64,000 nucleotides of DNA, taken from assembly GCF_001194135.2 (NCBI RefSeq), contig NC_068993.1, positions 46,729,743-46,793,742 on the forward strand, read 5' to 3'. The translations under genes were made by a program, and so were the position numbers. This document shows positions 60,329 to 64,000 of the stretch, in pieces (the first letter of the stretch is position 1; the number at the start of each line of letters is the position of its first letter). The notes under the pieces were generated by a model. That model made no database searches, had not been told where the DNA came from, and worked only from the letters and a program-made list of their open reading frames with translations. Origin of the DNA: Octopus bimaculoides (taxonomy: Eukaryota).

Positions 60329-62176
60329 CACACACACATATGCACGTGTGTGTTTGTATGTTTATGTGTATGTATGTATGTGTGTGTCTGTATTATCATT
60401 CAACACCCATTGTCCATGCTGGCATGGGTTAGACGGTTTGACCAGAGCTAGCAAGTTGGGGAGCTGCACCAGACTCCAGTCTGATTTGGTATGGTTTCTA
60501 TGGCTAGATGCCCTTCCTAATGCCAACCCTCTTACACAGTGTGCTTGGTGCTTTTATGTAGCACTGCACAGGTGTCTTTATGTGGCTCTGCATGGGCACT
60601 TTTACATGGCACTGACATGAGTGCTTTTCACCACCAGAGGGACTGGTCTGAACACTTCTGTTGTGTGTGTGTGTGTGTATGCGTGAAGTAAATGAATCTC
60701 TGCTAGTTTTAAGAATAAGTAATCTAGTATATTCGCTCAGCTGATCTCCCTATTCATTTAATTGTAGTGTAAGTGGCTGAGTATTTCACTGACACTTGTA
60801 CCATTAACCTAATCCTCAGCCAGAACCATCATGAGGCACTGTGACAAGGCTGGCCCTTTAAAATAATAGTCCATTCGACAGGCTTCCACTGTTTCTCTTC
60901 TACTCAATTTCGTTGAGAAGCCTTGTGTTGGTTGATCTGATCTAAGAAGGTACTTGCTCAAGATGCCATACTGTGGGATGGAACTCCAAGACTTAACAGG
61001 TGTGAAGTGAACTTCTTGAACATTTGGTCATGCCTGTTTCTACTTTGGCTTTATGGATGTCTGGGAGACATTGGCTAAAAACTGTACAATATAGACAAAG
61101 ACTATCAAGTAAAGAGTGGTATCTTTGAGTTAAAATCAAATGATGCTGCTTTGAAGTGTCCATTCTGTAAGTGGGGCCCAAGTGCAGCACTTGCAGGATC
61201 CCAGCAGGGATTGAATTGTAGTGTGTTTGTGTGGACAATTTCTTCTCTCAAGGGCTTGGTTTGTCAGTCTTCTAAAGTCACGTGAGCCAGGGAGAAATCA
61301 AGCTGCTTGTGAGATGGTTCTCCTGTAATGTGAACCATGGTACATTTGTACTGTAAAGAGAAATAAGCATCACATCTGTGAATGTTCCTGCAGAAAGGAA
61401 GCTGGACTGAAAAGCTACTTGTTTGCACATGATCATGCACCATTCAACGGAGCGATGGCACTCATCTGACAAGAAGATGCAATCAGCATATATGTATATA
61501 TACATAATATATATTTATCATTCTTAGACAGAATGTTGTGGACAGTTTTGCCCAGCTAAGCCATCATTGGACTGCTGGCCAAAACTTCAAAGTCACTGTT
61601 AACATTCTTGTCCAAGAATAATAAATTTCTACTCTACAAAAGTATAGAGTAACCCAGATTAACGTAAAATTGTTCTCATCCTAACTGAACATAAGAGCAA
61701 ATGTTGAGATATCTCAACATTTACTATATTATTTAATATATAATGTAGTAAATGTTGATGCAAAACAAAATTAGATGGGAAAATACTAGGGGAGTGCATT
61801 AACATACCTTATAAAATTCCTTTCAAAAATAGAAGATTATGGAAGTCACACTCATACATTGCCAAAATCAAAATGCAAACACATACATTTCCTTCAGTTG
61901 TAACTTGCCTGAAGACTCTGTGCACTTGCAGGCAAAATTCAGACTAGCAAAAGACTGACTTGACCAATATATATATATATATATATATATANNNNNNNNN
62001 NNNNNNNNNNNNNNNNNNNNNNNNNNNNNNNNNNNNNNNNNNNNNNNNNNNNNNNNNNNNNNNNNNNNNNNNNNNNNNNNNNNNNNNNNNNNNNNNNNNN
62101 NNNNNNNNNNNNNNNNNNNNNNNNNNNNNNNNNNNNNNNNNNNNNNNNNNNNNNNNNNNNNNNNNNNNNNNNNNNN

Positions 62177-62224
<48 letters not shown>

Positions 62225-63422
62225 TTACAGTATCTAGCTTCTAGTTGTGTGGAAAGAATTGTGGAAAAGAATTTGTTTCTCAACTTTCCAGGAATATTGC
62301 TAAATGTTAATTAAAAAAAAAAAAAGAAACCTCACAATTTGCCATGATGTTGTCAGTGTACATTTGAGCAACTTAATTAGTAAATTAAACTAAGAGCTAA
62401 GACTTCTTTGATACTTCATTTTTTTTCTTAATTTCCATAATCACATAGTTTGTGTGCATGTAATTCTGTGCATCTGTGTTTATGTATGTGTATGTGTCCT
62501 AGTATATTTCATTCATTTTAACTGGTTTTATTTTGATTACTTCCTAGAACTGATTTTTTCGTTGATGATTCCACTCAATATGATCAAGGCATTAGAGATA
62601 TTTTGTTCAAGTCCCAAATTGAGAAAAAAATATTTTTTCCCTTTCTTTCTAGACATCTTCAGATATTTTTACCCTCTACTACAAGCTGCCATTCTCTTTT
62701 CCCTATGCAACTCTTCATTCATATCTACCATTCTCATTTACCACCATACATCTTTAGTGTTTCCACCACTTACTCTCTATATCTTACCGTCACCCATCAT
62801 TATTCCCCCCCCCCCCCATTACACTGTTCATGTTTCCATTCAATATCTTTCTCAACAACCATCTCTCTTCTATTACTTAATCTTCTACCATCACCTTGTT
62901 TCACTCTGTTACACTCATTCTATCCTCTTTCATCCTTATGGTATCCACTCCCTTCTTTTCATAATCCTAGTCATATTTGCCTCCAATGACTGAAGACCGC
63001 CTTAATTTTGCAGGAGACAAAGCAACCCTTACTAGCATTAATGCCGTAATAAAATGCATCATGCACACCCTATAAAGTGATTAGCAAGTGAATGGAAATA
63101 ATGTGAGAGAGAGGACTCATTAGTCTTGCTGAGTACTTGACAAACTCTTTGGTATTGGTTCCTCAATAAAATGGCAGAGTGACTCAGACAGTAAAGTGAA
63201 GTGTCATAAAACTGGTAGAAGTAGCTAAGTAGAGTATAGGTAGAAGTAGCTGAGATAAGCTGAGTATAAGTATAAGTAGCTCAGATAAGAAGAGTAAAGG
63301 TTGAAGTAGCTAAGATAAGTAAAGTGTGACAATACAGTGCTAGATTGCAGTAGTAGAGGTGAGTAGCTTAGACAGTAAAGTATCACAATACACTGGTGGA
63401 GGCAGCTCAGCTAGTAATGTGA

Positions 63423-63645
63423 CTAACCCTTTAGCATCGAGATTTCTGTGTCAAATGTGAATCTTATATAGTCATACTGTTTTGAATTAATCATTCATTA
63501 TCTCATAGCCTTGAAATTGCAGTGAATGTGATTATTTTTAGAATAATATTGTAGATTAAGTGTGAGAGGCTGGATCTGGCCAGTTCGATGATAAAACATA
63601 GATTATTTTGGCCAGATATGGTTGGTTTAAACGCCGAAGTATTAA
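63423..63645. mobile_element. TTAA/CCC-terminal MITE family copy (degenerate)
   Basis: ctaaccctttagcat start; body similar to 51199-51427. Confidence 0.7.
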
Positions 63646-64000
63646 GTAGAGTAAGTGATAGTGTTCAGTGATGTCCTCCTTCATTCTGATTTCAAATCCC
63701 ATTCATGTCAGCCTTGCATTTCTTCCCCAGTGACTCAGTAAAAATAAGCACCAGTAGCTTATTCTGGATTGATTCGTTTTATTGCAGACCACCCTACTTT
63801 TAACACTAGTAGGCTATCTCCTTAGGTGACAAAGTAATTAGTGCACCAGTAAGCTTTCATGTGTAAAGGGTTAAATTATACCATATGTAGGGGATATTTT
63901 CTTAATGATATTTGTGTCTCCTACTGAGTGCCATATTAGGACACATTCACCAGATCTTTTTCGTTAGGCGAATGATTAAAAAAATTTTTTTTTTTAGGGT

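Noticed and set aside
61300-61440. Cys/His-spaced peptide (HHICECSCRKEAGLKSYLFAH) resembling an RTE C-terminal zinc finger
   Set aside because: Too short and degenerate to annotate without a profile search.

Overview
This is AT-rich, microsatellite-dense eukaryotic DNA with six N-gaps. The repeat families look like those of Octopus (species assignment is an inference). The whole window lies inside one large + strand gene, the MYCBP2/Highwire/RPM-1 (PHR) E3 ubiquitin ligase. I traced 33 GT-AG exons from 911 to 47761 by hand; every splice phase joins and they give 5412 nt of open frame. They cover the end of the RCC1-like region, PHR1, PHR2, the RAE1-binding/filamin region and the FBXO45/MYC-binding region. 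The gene starts before the window and continues after it. Around and after exon 33 there are several candidate frame-preserving phase-1 cassette exons, including a microexon and a possible recursive-splicing (AG|GTAAG) exon. The introns hold tRNA-headed SINEs, RTE LINE remnants, RTE-tailed short elements, hAT/piggyBac/mariner MITEs, a decayed DD37D (maT) transposon and many minisatellites. Most notable observations: (1) a head-to-head palindromic tRNA plus hammerhead-ribozyme retroelement nested in a mariner, with other hammerhead-like elements in TA tracts; (2) a SINE copy whose A-box region is replaced by an exact 18-nt copy of a host exon; (3) a U6 snRNA retrocopy almost directly upstream of a SINE head; (4) a perfect 64-bp inverted repeat around a tRNA-like unit; (5) a minisatellite that supplies a TACTAAC branch point to a ratchet-like splice site.
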